Of a DNA stretch of 64,000 nt, positions 1 to 8,985 are shown in pieces. The translations under genes and the position numbers were made by a program. The stretch is from contig OZ242260.1 of NCBI GenBank assembly GCA_965207065.1, forward strand, positions 3,904,001 through 3,968,000. Reading direction: 5' to 3'. The first letter of the stretch is position 1, and the number at the start of each line of letters is the position of its first letter. The notes beneath the pieces are model-generated. The model was not told the DNA's origin, did no database searches, and saw only the letters and a list, made by a program, of their open reading frames with translations. Source of the stretch: a bacterium. Lineage in GTDB: Bacteria > UBA8248.

Positions 1-318
1 TGTCGCATCAAGCATCACTTCAACGATGCCCTCGACGCCACGGCTTGCCAGCGCGAGCCCGGCAGCATCGATGCCCAGGCGCCGGGCGATGGATGAGCGC
101 ACCTCCTGGGGATTCAGGTTTTCTCCCTCGATGGCCGATGATTTGACCACATCACTCGTCAGCATACCGAGGCTCGCCTCAAGCCTGAGTTCAAAACCCA
201 ACCCTTCCATCCTGCCGAGAAGTCGACCCTGCCGATGACGAACCTCCGCAAGCTTCGAGGCGAGCTTGCCCTCGTCCCAAGTGAAGTCCGGCCAGCTTTG
301 ATGTTCGTGTATCCACAT
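1..318 (-). CDS. Fic-family protein with N-terminal DUF4172-type domain (5' part; runs off the window)
   Basis: Own translation from ATG 318: MWIHEHQSWPDFTWDEGKLASKLAEVRHRQGRLLGRMEGLGF...DVVKSSAIEGENLNPQEVRSSIARRLG. Typical DUF4172-Fic N-terminus; absent from the ORF track. Confidence 0.85.
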   Translation of the reverse strand, partial: MWIHEHQSWPDFTWDEGKLASKLAEVRHRQGRLLGRMEGLGFELRLEASLGMLTSDVVKSSAIEGENLNPQEVRSSIARRLGIDAAGLALASRGVEGIVEVMLDAT

Positions 319-321
319 ATC

Positions 322-420
322 AATCACCGCATTATTTGCAGTGATTATGCACTTTATTCACTGCATAAGCAAGTATAATTACAGCACTAATTGCGGTGAA
401 TAGCACTCCTGTTCACCGCA
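322..420. promoter_or_regulatory. Cluster of (T)TCACYGCA half-sites in alternating orientation upstream of the Fic gene; putative operator
   Basis: aatcaccgca 322, tgcagtgatt 337, ttcactgca 357, tgcggtgaat 392, gttcaccgca 411, all in an AT-rich spacer. Confidence 0.45.
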
Positions 421-487
421 TGGCATACGTACCTGGATATAAGCAAAGAAGGGTTGACGACGCCTGGTAAATTCAGCGTCTTTTCAT

Positions 488-1810
488 CTACCAAAACCGC
501 CCGGCGGGCCGGTCGAGCCCATAGTGTTCCCGCAACGTCTTGCCTTCATATTCCGTCCGGAACAGCCCGCGGCGCTGAAGAACCGGAATCACCTCTTCAA
601 CAAAAGCATCCAGCATCGTGGGAAAAATGGGCGGCATGATATTGAAACCATCGGCGGCGCCATCGCGGAACCAGTCCTCAATCAAATCAGCGACCTGCCC
701 GGGCGTGCCGGCAAAAGTAAAGTGGCCGCGAGCACCGGCGAAACGGGCCAGAAGCTGGCGCAAAGTAAGACCTTCGTTACGCACGAGATTGACGACCAAC
801 TCGGACCGGCTACGCATGGTTTCGACACCGGAGGGTGGAGGGAAATCGTCCGGCGTCAGCGGCCGGTCCAGCGGCAAATGCGAGAAATCATGTCCGTCGA
901 ACCGTGAAGAGAGCGTACGGCGACCGATCTCCGGATCATTGTTCTCATTGAGATCCTGTTCCATTCGTTTTGCTTCGGCCTCGGTCGACGCAATCATCGG
1001 GCTCAGGCCAGGCAGAATCAGGACCTGGCTTGCATCACGGCCCGCCGCTGCCGCTCGCTTCTTGATATCCGTGTAAAACTGCTGCGCCGTCGCCTTTTCG
1101 AGGTGGGCCGTAAATACCGCCTCGGCGTGACGCGAAGCAAAATCACGTCCGGCATCCGACGATCCCGCCTGCACCAGCACCGGCCGCCCCTGCGGACTGC
1201 GCGGCAGGGTCAGCGGTCCCGCGACGCTATAATACTTGCCGCTAAAGTCGATTGGACGAATTCGATCACTTTTGGCGTAGGCGCCGCCTTTGCGATCGTC
1301 AACCACGGCGTCATCGGCCCAGCTGTCCCACAAATCTTTGACGACCTGGACAAATTCCTCGGCCATCAGGTAGCGGTCCGCATGACTATCCTGACCCGCA
1401 TCACCGAAATTGCGCGAGACCTTCGCCATCCAGGTGGTGACAATATTCCAGCCGGCGCGGCCATTGCTGATGTGATCGATCGAGCTGAACTGCCGCGCCA
1501 GGTTGAAGGCCTCGAAATATGTGCTCGACCCCGTCGCGATCAGCCCGATCCGCTCGGTTGCGACGGCGATCGCCGCCAATAAAGTGATTGGTTCCAGCCA
1601 GAGTCGCCCGGCGCGCGGCGCATCCGGCGTCAACATCAGGGAATCGGCGAAAAAGATCGAATCAAAATGCGCCCTCTCCGCGCGTTGGGCCAAATCCACA
1701 TAGTAGTTTACGTCGGTAAGCGAGGCCGTCGAAGAATCGGGATGGTTCCAGGCTGCCTCGTGGTGGCCCCGGGCTTGGATGAACAGATTGAGGTGAAGTT
1801 GCCTGGTCAT
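488..1810 (-). CDS. LLM-class flavin-dependent monooxygenase (NtaA/SnaA/DszA family)
   Basis: Motifs AERAHFDSIFFAD, LEPITLLAAIA, DHISNGRAGWNIVT, PVLVQAGSS, LQRRGLFRTEY. Confidence 0.9.
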   Translation of the reverse strand: MTRQLHLNLFIQARGHHEAAWNHPDSSTASLTDVNYYVDLAQRAERAHFDSIFFADSLMLTPDAPRAGRLWLEPITLLAAIAVATERIGLIATGSSTYFEAFNLARQFSSIDHISNGRAGWNIVTTWMAKVSRNFGDAGQDSHADRYLMAEEFVQVVKDLWDSWADDAVVDDRKGGAYAKSDRIRPIDFSGKYYSVAGPLTLPRSPQGRPVLVQAGSSDAGRDFASRHAEAVFTAHLEKATAQQFYTDIKKRAAAAGRDASQVLILPGLSPMIASTEAEAKRMEQDLNENNDPEIGRRTLSSRFDGHDFSHLPLDRPLTPDDFPPPSGVETMRSRSELVVNLVRNEGLTLRQLLARFAGARGHFTFAGTPGQVADLIEDWFRDGAADGFNIMPPIFPTMLDAFVEEVIPVLQRRGLFRTEYEGKTLREHYGLDRPAGRFW

Positions 1811-1917
1811 TGGAAATATCGGCTCTCATTGGGGGAAAGCAGGCTCGTTAAACATGATACTCAATTTACGAACAGGAGCACAAACTCGGCAAAAACCCCA
1901 TCAAGCCGGCTCTGAAA

Positions 1918-2090
1918 GGGGTTGTTGAAAAGCCTTTGTCCAGAGAGCACCCCCCCCTTGTCGGGGATGTTGAAAAACCCCGTTTCGAGACCGGGCGTAT
2001 ATTACTTACCGGGGAGAGAGAAGAATCACTCCCCCCTTGAGGGGGAGTGAAATTCAGCGCGCTCCTTCTGTGGACTTTTTCAACAGCCCC
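1918..2090. mobile_element. MITE-like element with TIRs GGGGYTGTTGAAAA...TTTTTCAACAGCCCC and an internal C/G-run hairpin
   Basis: Left TIRs at 1918 and 1963, right TIR ending 2090; internal cactccccccttgagggggagtg; the same ends recur at 5082, 33956, 42643. Confidence 0.6.
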
Positions 2091-2343
2091 TGAAAAGGCC
2101 GATTGAAATTTCATGGTGTCGAACGGCGGGGCGACCCCGCAATCCACAACGGGACACCACAGATGTCAGAATGGGGAATTCTCCACCAATGAATTTCCTG
2201 ACAGCCTCCGTGAGACATCCCCTGAAGTGGCGCAGGAACTTATGACATCGCTCAGATGAGAGCCGTCGATTTCAGTCCGGCTTGATTTCTCGGCTAGAAT
2301 CAGACATATTGTTATTATATATAATTATACAAGGACAAATAGA

Positions 2344-2949
2344 ATGGCGCTGAAACTGAAAGAACAACCTGAAGAAATCTTCCGCAGACACGGCGGTCAG
2401 CTTCGAATGAGCAAGGCGCTCGCCAACGGGATTACGCGCTACACCCTGTACGCGCTCAGGGACAGAGGCGTCGTCGAACAGATCACCAGAGGCATCTACC
2501 GGCTTCGGGAACTGCCCCCGCTCGGCAACCCTGATCTGGTGACGGTGAGCCTCCGCTTTCCCAGGGCCGTCGTATGCCTCGTCTCGGCGCTTGCCCGACA
2601 CGGCATCACGACCCAGATACCACATGCAGTTTCCGTGGCTGTGCCGAAGGACTCCCGGGCGCCGTCTCTTGACTATCCTCCCATCAAGGCGCACAAATTC
2701 TCGCATGAAGCATATGAAGCCGGCATCGAAGAGCACCTGCTCGATGGAGCGCCCGTCAAAATATACAACCCTGAAAAAACCCTGGTCGACTGCTTCAAGT
2801 TCCGCAACAAGATTGGAATGGACGTCGTTCTCGAGGCGCTGAAACTCCACAAGGCGCGAAACGGATTGAACCTCGGCAAACTCCTCGAATACGCCAGGAT
2901 TTGCCGGGTCGAAAAGGTGATGCGGCCCTATCTCGAGGCGATCCTGTGA
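2344..2949 (+). CDS. Type IV toxin-antitoxin antitoxin, AbiEi family
   Basis: N-terminal wHTH (ITRYTLYALRDRGVVEQITRGIYRL), VVCLVSALARHGITTQIP, KIYNPEKTLVDCFKFRNKIGMD. Confidence 0.88.
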   Translation: MALKLKEQPEEIFRRHGGQLRMSKALANGITRYTLYALRDRGVVEQITRGIYRLRELPPLGNPDLVTVSLRFPRAVVCLVSALARHGITTQIPHAVSVAVPKDSRAPSLDYPPIKAHKFSHEAYEAGIEEHLLDGAPVKIYNPEKTLVDCFKFRNKIGMDVVLEALKLHKARNGLNLGKLLEYARICRVEKVMRPYLEAIL

Positions 2950-2996
2950 CGTCCCCGAGGAACGTGCCCGTTTTTTGTTTTCCTCAGCCTGAGTAG
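2946..2996 (+). pseudogene. Stub of the cognate AbiEii toxin gene (about 8 codons retained)
   Basis: GTGA start/stop overlap with abiEi gives (M)TSPRNVP, like the N-terminus of AbiEii toxins, then unrelated sequence and stop at 2996. Confidence 0.45.
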
Positions 2997-3027
2997 TCCC
3001 GAGAGAGTCGTATGTCACGAGCCGGAC

Positions 3028-3051
3028 GGGCCGCATATATGCGGCCCCTAC
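3028..3051. repeat. GTAG-type REP palindrome (family also at 35484-35509, 38043-38068, 62532-62557)
   Basis: gggccgcatatatgcggcccctac; other copies gtaggggcaggcccccgtgcctgccc, gggcggacacggtggtccgcccctac, gtagggacaggcccccgtgcctgtcc. Confidence 0.65.
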
Positions 3052-3118
3052 ACCAGGCTCACGACCAAAACAACATGCGGGGTGAGGACATAAAAGAGAC
3101 GAAAAGGCAAAGTCAAAA

Positions 3119-3144
3119 TGGATTCCGGCTTTCGCAGGAATGAC
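3119..3144. repeat. GTCATTCCGGCNNNNGCCGGAATCCA palindromic REP (dRS3-like) family
   Basis: Copies at 3119-3144, 34092-34118, 34210-34236, 35301-35327, 35417-35443, 36658-36683, 37946-37972, degenerate 37996-38026; often in inverted pairs. Confidence 0.75.
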
Positions 3145-3211
3145 GGCGTTGTCCAATTCCGACCGTGGAGGGGATTTTCCAGCAACCCCATTCAGACTGC
3201 CGACACAAGCG

Positions 3212-4102
3212 TCATAAATACTTCTTGAACCAGTCGACCGCCTCGACCATGCCGATCTCGTGGTGCTCTGGGCTGCAGAAATAATAGGACTCGTAATGCT
3301 GCGCGCCGGGCAGCTTGACGATCTTCTTGGGCTCCCCGCATACCTCGTAGCAGCTGATTTGCTCCTGCACGGGCACGAGGAAATCGTTTTCCGAATAGAT
3401 GAACATGACGGGGCGCGGGGCGATTCTGTCCGCCACCCACTCGGGCTTGTAGCGCCAGCAGGCCTCTGCGCTTTGCAGGTCGTAGTCCTTCACGTAGTCG
3501 CTGTGTTTCTGGTGGTTCTCCTGGATGACTTTCAGCGTATGGGGGTCGCAGAGCATGATCTCGGGCAGCGGCATGGTGGTCGGCTCGCCGGTGGTGACGC
3601 GCTTTCGGGCGGCCTCCATGACCGTCTTCTGGAACGAATCCCACTCGTGCGGCCTCCTCACCGAGCGCATCCAGCGCTCGCCCTCGTGCACGCCCACTGA
3701 GGAGACCACCACCTTCACGCGCTCATCGAAGGCCGCCACCCAGATGGCGTTCGCCCCGCCGAAGCTCGTGCCGAAAATGCCGATGCGCTCCGGGTCCACG
3801 CCCTCGACCGTCTCCATGTAGGAGATGGCGTCGTAGGTATCCTGCGCCTGCTCCAGGGGCCGCTGGCGGCCGCGCTCGCCATCGCTCTTGCCGAAGCCGC
3901 GGTGATCGGGCGCCAGGATGAAATAGCCCTCCTCCCAGAGGCGCCTGGGAACGTCCATCCCGTAGACCTCCTTCATCCCGCTGTAGCCGTGCAGGCAGAT
4001 GATAGCGGGTCCTGGCGGGTCGCCCTTTTTCCAACCTTTCGGCGCATAGAGATGGGATGCGATTTTGAGGCCGTCGCTGTAGTAGACAATCTCTTCATAC
4101 AT
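3212..4102 (-). CDS. Alpha/beta-fold hydrolase
   Basis: CLHGYSG, DHRGFGKSDG, nucleophile elbow GTSFGG, ENDFLVP, AQHY. Confidence 0.85.
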   Translation of the reverse strand: MYEEIVYYSDGLKIASHLYAPKGWKKGDPPGPAIICLHGYSGMKEVYGMDVPRRLWEEGYFILAPDHRGFGKSDGERGRQRPLEQAQDTYDAISYMETVEGVDPERIGIFGTSFGGANAIWVAAFDERVKVVVSSVGVHEGERWMRSVRRPHEWDSFQKTVMEAARKRVTTGEPTTMPLPEIMLCDPHTLKVIQENHQKHSDYVKDYDLQSAEACWRYKPEWVADRIAPRPVMFIYSENDFLVPVQEQISCYEVCGEPKKIVKLPGAQHYESYYFCSPEHHEIGMVEAVDWFKKYL

Positions 4103-4193
4103 GCAGGTTTCCCCTCCAGGCTATGCCGCGAAACTCAGATTTATCTAAAATATTCAATACCTTACGGCGCATGAGCCGCCGGTAATGTGACCT

Positions 4194-5033
4194 TTATTCG
4201 CGGTGCAAACCCTTGAGTTCGCGAAGCAGTTCTCCTGTATCGGGCGCGCGCATGAGGGCCTCGCCGACGAGGATGGCGTCCACCCCCTCATCCACCAGGG
4301 GAGACACCTCCTCCCATCCGAAAATCCCGCTCTCGGACACCAGGACGAGCGATTTTCGCTGCTCGGGCGTGAGCCGCGAGAACACGCGGGAAGTGTGCCC
4401 CGTATCGACCTCGAAGGTCTTCAAGTTCCGGTTGTTCACGCCGAGTACGCGGGTTCCGGCCGCGAGGGCGCGCCCGAGTTCTTCTTCGGCATACACCTCC
4501 ACGAGCGCGTCCATATCCAGTTCTTCTGCGAGCGCGCGCAAATCCTCCAACTGCGCCGTCTCCAGGATAGCCGCAATCAGCAGTATGGCGTCCGCCCCGC
4601 CCGCACGGGCTTCCAGTATCTGGTATTCGGTGAAGATAAACTCTTTTCTGAGAACGGGCAGACCCACCGCTGCGCGCACCTGTTCCAGATGCGCCATCTC
4701 ACCGAGAAATCTTCTCCGCTCGGTCAGCACCGAAACGGCGGCGGCACCACCTTCCTCATAGGCTTTGGCGATTTCGCCCGGCTCGAAACTCTCGGCTATC
4801 TGCCCCTGGGAGGGTGAGGCCTGTTTCACCTCGGCGATGACGCGCATCAGTCCGCCGTCGGCATCTTCGCCCGCATCGGGCCGCCTGAGGGCGCCCGTGA
4901 AACTCACCGTGGGCGGCGCATCCTTCGCCATGGATTTGAGGTCGATTTCGGAACGCCGTCTCTTGTCCGAGGCGATGTCCTCGCGGACGCCTTCCACGAG
5001 CTTGTCCAGAACCGTATGCGTCGCAATCGTCAA
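4194..5033 (-). CDS. trpC: Indole-3-glycerol phosphate synthase
   Basis: IAEVKQASPSQG, SVLTE, LRKEFI, GVNNRNL, SESGI, LVGEALM. Confidence 0.95.
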   Translation of the reverse strand: MTIATHTVLDKLVEGVREDIASDKRRRSEIDLKSMAKDAPPTVSFTGALRRPDAGEDADGGLMRVIAEVKQASPSQGQIAESFEPGEIAKAYEEGGAAAVSVLTERRRFLGEMAHLEQVRAAVGLPVLRKEFIFTEYQILEARAGGADAILLIAAILETAQLEDLRALAEELDMDALVEVYAEEELGRALAAGTRVLGVNNRNLKTFEVDTGHTSRVFSRLTPEQRKSLVLVSESGIFGWEEVSPLVDEGVDAILVGEALMRAPDTGELLRELKGLHRE

Positions 5034-5081
5034 GACATCATGCTCCCAGCAGGAATCGACAATCTATGGGCCAGCGAAGCC

Positions 5082-5429
5082 GGGTTGTTGAAACAGTCAC
5101 AAATTGCCCGAAATTCACCCCCCACCGGCACGATTTCGAGCTTCGCCCTTGAACGGCATTGCCAACCGACGAGAGAGAAGAGATCCACTCCCCCCTTGGG
5201 GGGGAGTAGCAGAAGCCGAGCGACTTGTGCGAAGGCTGATGCGTGGGGGGTAAAACGTGTTTGATCGCCATTCCGAATTCTACCCCCCACCGGTTCGCTT
5301 GCGGGCATGCGCCCTTACCTCACCGACATTCCCTCCCTTTTCGGTCGGCAATGACCCTCAAGGGGGGAGTGAACTTCAAAAGCGTGCGAGAAACTCAAAA
5401 TTGCTTTCCAGAACTTTTCCAACAACCCC
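5082..5429. mobile_element. MITE-like element inserted between trpD and trpC
   Basis: gggttgttgaaa ... ttttccaacaacccc ends; internal cactcccccttgggggggagt...tgtgcgaaggc module shared with 36300-36365. Confidence 0.6.
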
Positions 5430-5447
5430 AAGCCACACCCGCCTCGC

Positions 5448-6458
5448 TCAGGAGTTGGACACTTCCACGAGGCGCGCGAGGACGCTCGCCGCTTCGCCCG
5501 AATCTATCGCCGCGGCCGCCTGCGCGACGCCCTCTCTCAAATCCCCCGCCCTGTCCGCGGCGATGAGCGCGGCGGCGGCGTTCAGGAGCACGATGTCGCG
5601 CCTGGGGCCTTTCTCACCGCCAAGGATGGCGCGCGTGATCTCCGCGTTCTCCGCAGGCTCGCCACCCTTCACGGCGTCCGCTTCGGCGCGCTCGAGGCCC
5701 GCGTCCTCGGGCGTTACGTCATACGTCCTGATACCGCTCCCGTCCCACTCCGAGACGCGCGAGGAGCCGGTGAGCGTCATCTCGTCCATCCCGTCGGACC
5801 CGTGCACCACGAGCGCCTTCTGACAGCCCACCTGGCGCAGCACGTCCGCCACGAGCTCGGTGAGTTCTGCCGCGTATACGCCCACCAACTGGCTCTGGGC
5901 GCGCGCGGGATTCGTGAGCGGCCCCATGACGTTGAAGATGCTGCGCATGGCGATCTCGCGCCTGGGGCCGATGGCGTGCTTCATCGCGCCGTGAAGCATG
6001 GGCGCGAACAGGAAGCCCACGCCCGCCTCGTCGATGCACTCGCCCACCTTCTCGGGTGTGGCCTCGATGTTCACCCCCAGCGCCTTCAATACGTCGGCGG
6101 CGCCCGATTTGCTCGACACCGCACGGTTGCCGTGTTTCGCCACGGGCTGGCCCGCCGCCGCCACGACGAGAGCCGCGCTCGTGCTGATGTTGAAGGTGTG
6201 GGCGCCGTCGCCGCCCGTGCCCACCACGTCGACCACGAAGGGGTGTTTCGTCTTCACCCAGGTCGCCCTGGCGCGCATGGAGCGGACGCTGCCCGCGATC
6301 TCCTCGGGCGTCTCTCCCGCCATGCGGAGCGCCACCAGGTAGGCGCCGATCTGGGCCTGGGTGGCCTCGCCCGTCATGATGAGGTCCATCACCTTCTCCG
6401 CCTCATCCGCACTCAGGTGACGGCCTTCCACGAGCTTTCCGATGGCTTCCTGAATCAT
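5448..6458 (-). CDS. trpD: Anthranilate phosphoribosyltransferase
   Basis: DVVGTGGDG, FNIST, KHGNRAVSSKSGAAD, GPLTNPA, DGMDE. Confidence 0.97.
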   Translation of the reverse strand: MIQEAIGKLVEGRHLSADEAEKVMDLIMTGEATQAQIGAYLVALRMAGETPEEIAGSVRSMRARATWVKTKHPFVVDVVGTGGDGAHTFNISTSAALVVAAAGQPVAKHGNRAVSSKSGAADVLKALGVNIEATPEKVGECIDEAGVGFLFAPMLHGAMKHAIGPRREIAMRSIFNVMGPLTNPARAQSQLVGVYAAELTELVADVLRQVGCQKALVVHGSDGMDEMTLTGSSRVSEWDGSGIRTYDVTPEDAGLERAEADAVKGGEPAENAEITRAILGGEKGPRRDIVLLNAAAALIAADRAGDLREGVAQAAAAIDSGEAASVLARLVEVSNS

Positions 6459-6609
6459 GAACGCATATCCTCATTGAGTGGTGGAGGTTTGATTCGTCCC
6501 CGCTCCGTTGCGGCCCGCGCCACCGCACGCACACCTTTTGTGATTTGCGTCAGAGAGCGCGTGAGTTTCGCTTGTTCCGGGCTACCATACCGCGTCCGCG
6601 TTCAATCCC

Positions 6610-7194
6610 TCAAGGCCGCTCAATGGCCCCATCCAGCGCATTTTGGAGCAGCGCCTTGCCTTCGGGCGAGAGAATCGACTCGGGATGAAACTGAACGCCC
6701 GCGACCGCCACGCCCCGGACCCGGAGCCCCATGATCTCGCCCTCATCCGTCTCCGCGCACACCTCGATCTCGGGAGGAACGCTTTCGCGTGCGAGCAGGA
6801 GGCTGTGATAGCGCGTGGCCGTCATCGGGTTCGGGAGCTCGCGAAAGACGCCCCGCCCGTCGTGGCGAATTTCCGAGGTTTTTCCGTGCATGATCCGCTC
6901 GGCGCGGACGATGCCGCCGCCGTAGACCTGCGCAATGGCCTGATGGCCCAGGCACACGCCCAGAATCGGGTATTCTCCCGCAAAGCGCTCGACGAGCGGC
7001 ATGGAGAGACCGGCGGATTCGGGCCGCCCCGGACCGGGAGAGATGACGATCATCCCGGGCGCGAGCTCGGCCACGTCATCGAGTACGAACTGATCGTTAC
7101 GCCACACCGTGACCTCCGCACCCAGTTCGGCCAGGTACTGGACGAGGTTGTAGGTGAACGAATCGTAATTATCGATCATCAATACGCGCTTCAT
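6610..7194 (-). CDS. trpG: Anthranilate synthase component II (glutamine amidotransferase)
   Basis: IDNYDSFTYNL, SPGPG, GVCLGHQ, RYHSL, QFHPES; directly downstream of trpE. Confidence 0.93.
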   Translation of the reverse strand: MKRVLMIDNYDSFTYNLVQYLAELGAEVTVWRNDQFVLDDVAELAPGMIVISPGPGRPESAGLSMPLVERFAGEYPILGVCLGHQAIAQVYGGGIVRAERIMHGKTSEIRHDGRGVFRELPNPMTATRYHSLLLARESVPPEIEVCAETDEGEIMGLRVRGVAVAGVQFHPESILSPEGKALLQNALDGAIERP

Positions 7195-7209
7195 CTCAAA
7201 TTCTCCGCC

Positions 7210-8745
7210 CTAGGGGAGGCCGCCCCGCGCCACGTCGAGCGCGCGGAGGGAGCCCCGGGCCTTGTTGATGGTTTCCTCGTATTCGAAACCGGGCTTCGAG
7301 TCCGCCACGACGCCCGCGCCCACCTGGAGGTAGAGCTTGCCGCCGCGCGCGTAGAGCGTGCGGATGGCGATGCAGGTGTCCATGCTGCCGCCGAAGCCGA
7401 AATACCCCACCGCGCCCGAATAGGGGCCCCGCCGCACCGGCTCCATCTCGTCAATGATCTCCATGGCCCGCACCTTGGGCGCGCCCGAGACGGTGCCCGC
7501 CGGGAAGGAGGCCCGCAGCACGTCGAAGGCGTCCCTGCCCTCGGCCAGCTCGCCCACCACGTTGCTCACGATGTGCATGACGTGGGAGTAGCGCTCGATG
7601 ACCATCTGCTCGGTGACCCGCACCGTGCCGCGCTCGCAGACGCGGCCGATGTCGTTGCGGCCCAGATCGACGAGCATGATGTGCTCGGCGCGTTCCTTCT
7701 CATCGGCGAGCAGTTCATCCGCCAGCGCGCGATCCTCCGCCTCGTCGCGCCCGCGCCTTCGCGTACCCGCGATGGGGCGCACCTCGACCCTCTCGCCTTC
7801 GAGCCGTACGAGCACCTCGGGAGACGCGCCGACGAGCGTGACGTCGCCGAGTTCGAGATAAAACATGTAGGGAGAGGGGTTGACCGTACGCAGCGCCCGG
7901 TAGATGGCGAAAGGATGCACGTCCAGGGCGCTTTCGAGGCGCTGTGAGAGCACGACCTGAATCGCCTCGCCCGAGTGGATGAGCTCCACCGTATCGGCGA
8001 CGACCTTCTCGAACCCCTCGCGCGTGAAAGACGAGTAGAGGCCCGGCATGTTCTCGACGGGGTGCCCGCTCCCGCCGTCCCGGGGTGGTTCCACCGGCTC
8101 ATACGGCGGGGCGACGGATGGGCCCCGCAGCTTTTCGATGAGCGCATCGACGCGCGCGCACGCATCTTCATAAGCGGCCTCGGGGCCGTCATCCGTAATG
8201 TGCGCATGGGCCAAGACGAACATCTTCTGCGCCACGTTGTCGAAGATGATCAGCGACTTCGTGATCATGAACAGCAGTTCGGGCAGTTCGAGGTCGTCAT
8301 GCGCGTTCTCGGGCAGGCGCTCGATGAAGCGTACCGCGTCATAGCCCATGCAGCCGATGGCCCCTCCCCAGAACCTCGGCAGGCCGGGAAGGTCGACGGG
8401 TATGTAGGGCTGCATCAACTGCCTGAGCGCATCGATGGGATCATCGACGGTGAACTCCTCGCTCTCCCCCTCCTGCGTGACCCGCACCCGCCTGCCCTTG
8501 CTCTCGAAGATGAGATAAGGCTCGCTGCCCAGAAAGGAGTACCTCGCCCACTTCTCCCCGCCCTCGACGCTTTCGAGCAAGAAGGAATGTGAGCCGTCGG
8601 CGATTTTCAGATAGGCGGACACCGGCGTATCGAGGTCGGCGAGTATTTCGCGATACACCGGAATGATGTTGCCCCGCTCGCAGAGAGCGAGGAAAGTCTT
8701 TTTGTCCGGCGAATGATTTTCAGGGTTCATCTTTTTTCGAGACAC
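7210..8745 (-). CDS. trpE: Anthranilate synthase component I
   Basis: LLES (Trp feedback motif), NPSPYM, PIAGTRRRG, EHIMLVDLGRND, GTVSGAPK. Confidence 0.96.
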   Translation of the reverse strand: MSRKKMNPENHSPDKKTFLALCERGNIIPVYREILADLDTPVSAYLKIADGSHSFLLESVEGGEKWARYSFLGSEPYLIFESKGRRVRVTQEGESEEFTVDDPIDALRQLMQPYIPVDLPGLPRFWGGAIGCMGYDAVRFIERLPENAHDDLELPELLFMITKSLIIFDNVAQKMFVLAHAHITDDGPEAAYEDACARVDALIEKLRGPSVAPPYEPVEPPRDGGSGHPVENMPGLYSSFTREGFEKVVADTVELIHSGEAIQVVLSQRLESALDVHPFAIYRALRTVNPSPYMFYLELGDVTLVGASPEVLVRLEGERVEVRPIAGTRRRGRDEAEDRALADELLADEKERAEHIMLVDLGRNDIGRVCERGTVRVTEQMVIERYSHVMHIVSNVVGELAEGRDAFDVLRASFPAGTVSGAPKVRAMEIIDEMEPVRRGPYSGAVGYFGFGGSMDTCIAIRTLYARGGKLYLQVGAGVVADSKPGFEYEETINKARGSLRALDVARGGLP

Positions 8746-8774
8746 CGTCTAGCGGAAGAGTCTCGCCTCCATAC

Positions 8775-8811
8775 AAAAAAAGCCACGGGACCGAACGGGC
8801 CGCCATGGCTT
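8775..8811 (-). terminator. Intrinsic terminator of the trp attenuator
   Basis: mRNA AAGCCAUGG...CCGUGGCUU followed by a U-run, about 30 nt upstream of trpE. Confidence 0.75.
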
Positions 8812-8846
8812 GGGGATTCGCTTCAGAAAAACTCAGACAATAACCC

Positions 8847-8918
8847 TTATGGCGCACCTCCAGATTTGGCGGAGCATCGCCAGGGCCAAGCCTCCATGAA
8901 TTTTTCTCGCGTCTTCAT
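8847..8918 (-). CDS. trpL: trp leader peptide MKTREKFMEAWPWRCSAKSGGAP
   Basis: 23-aa ORF with W-P-W, preceded by GGAG, upstream of the terminator and trpE. Confidence 0.6.
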   Translation of the reverse strand: MKTREKFMEAWPWRCSAKSGGAP

Positions 8919-8985
8919 CAGCCGCCATCTCCATACAAGAAAATTCCGCTGCTCCGAGGAAGATACCCAAATATGGGAGAAATGG

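Noticed and set aside
2272-3156. 294-aa minus-strand ORF
   Set aside because: Antisense to abiEi and starts inside a REP palindrome; no recognisable family.
8775-8985. T-box riboswitch upstream of trpE
   Set aside because: No GGTGGNACCGCG T-box motif; the leader-peptide model fits better.
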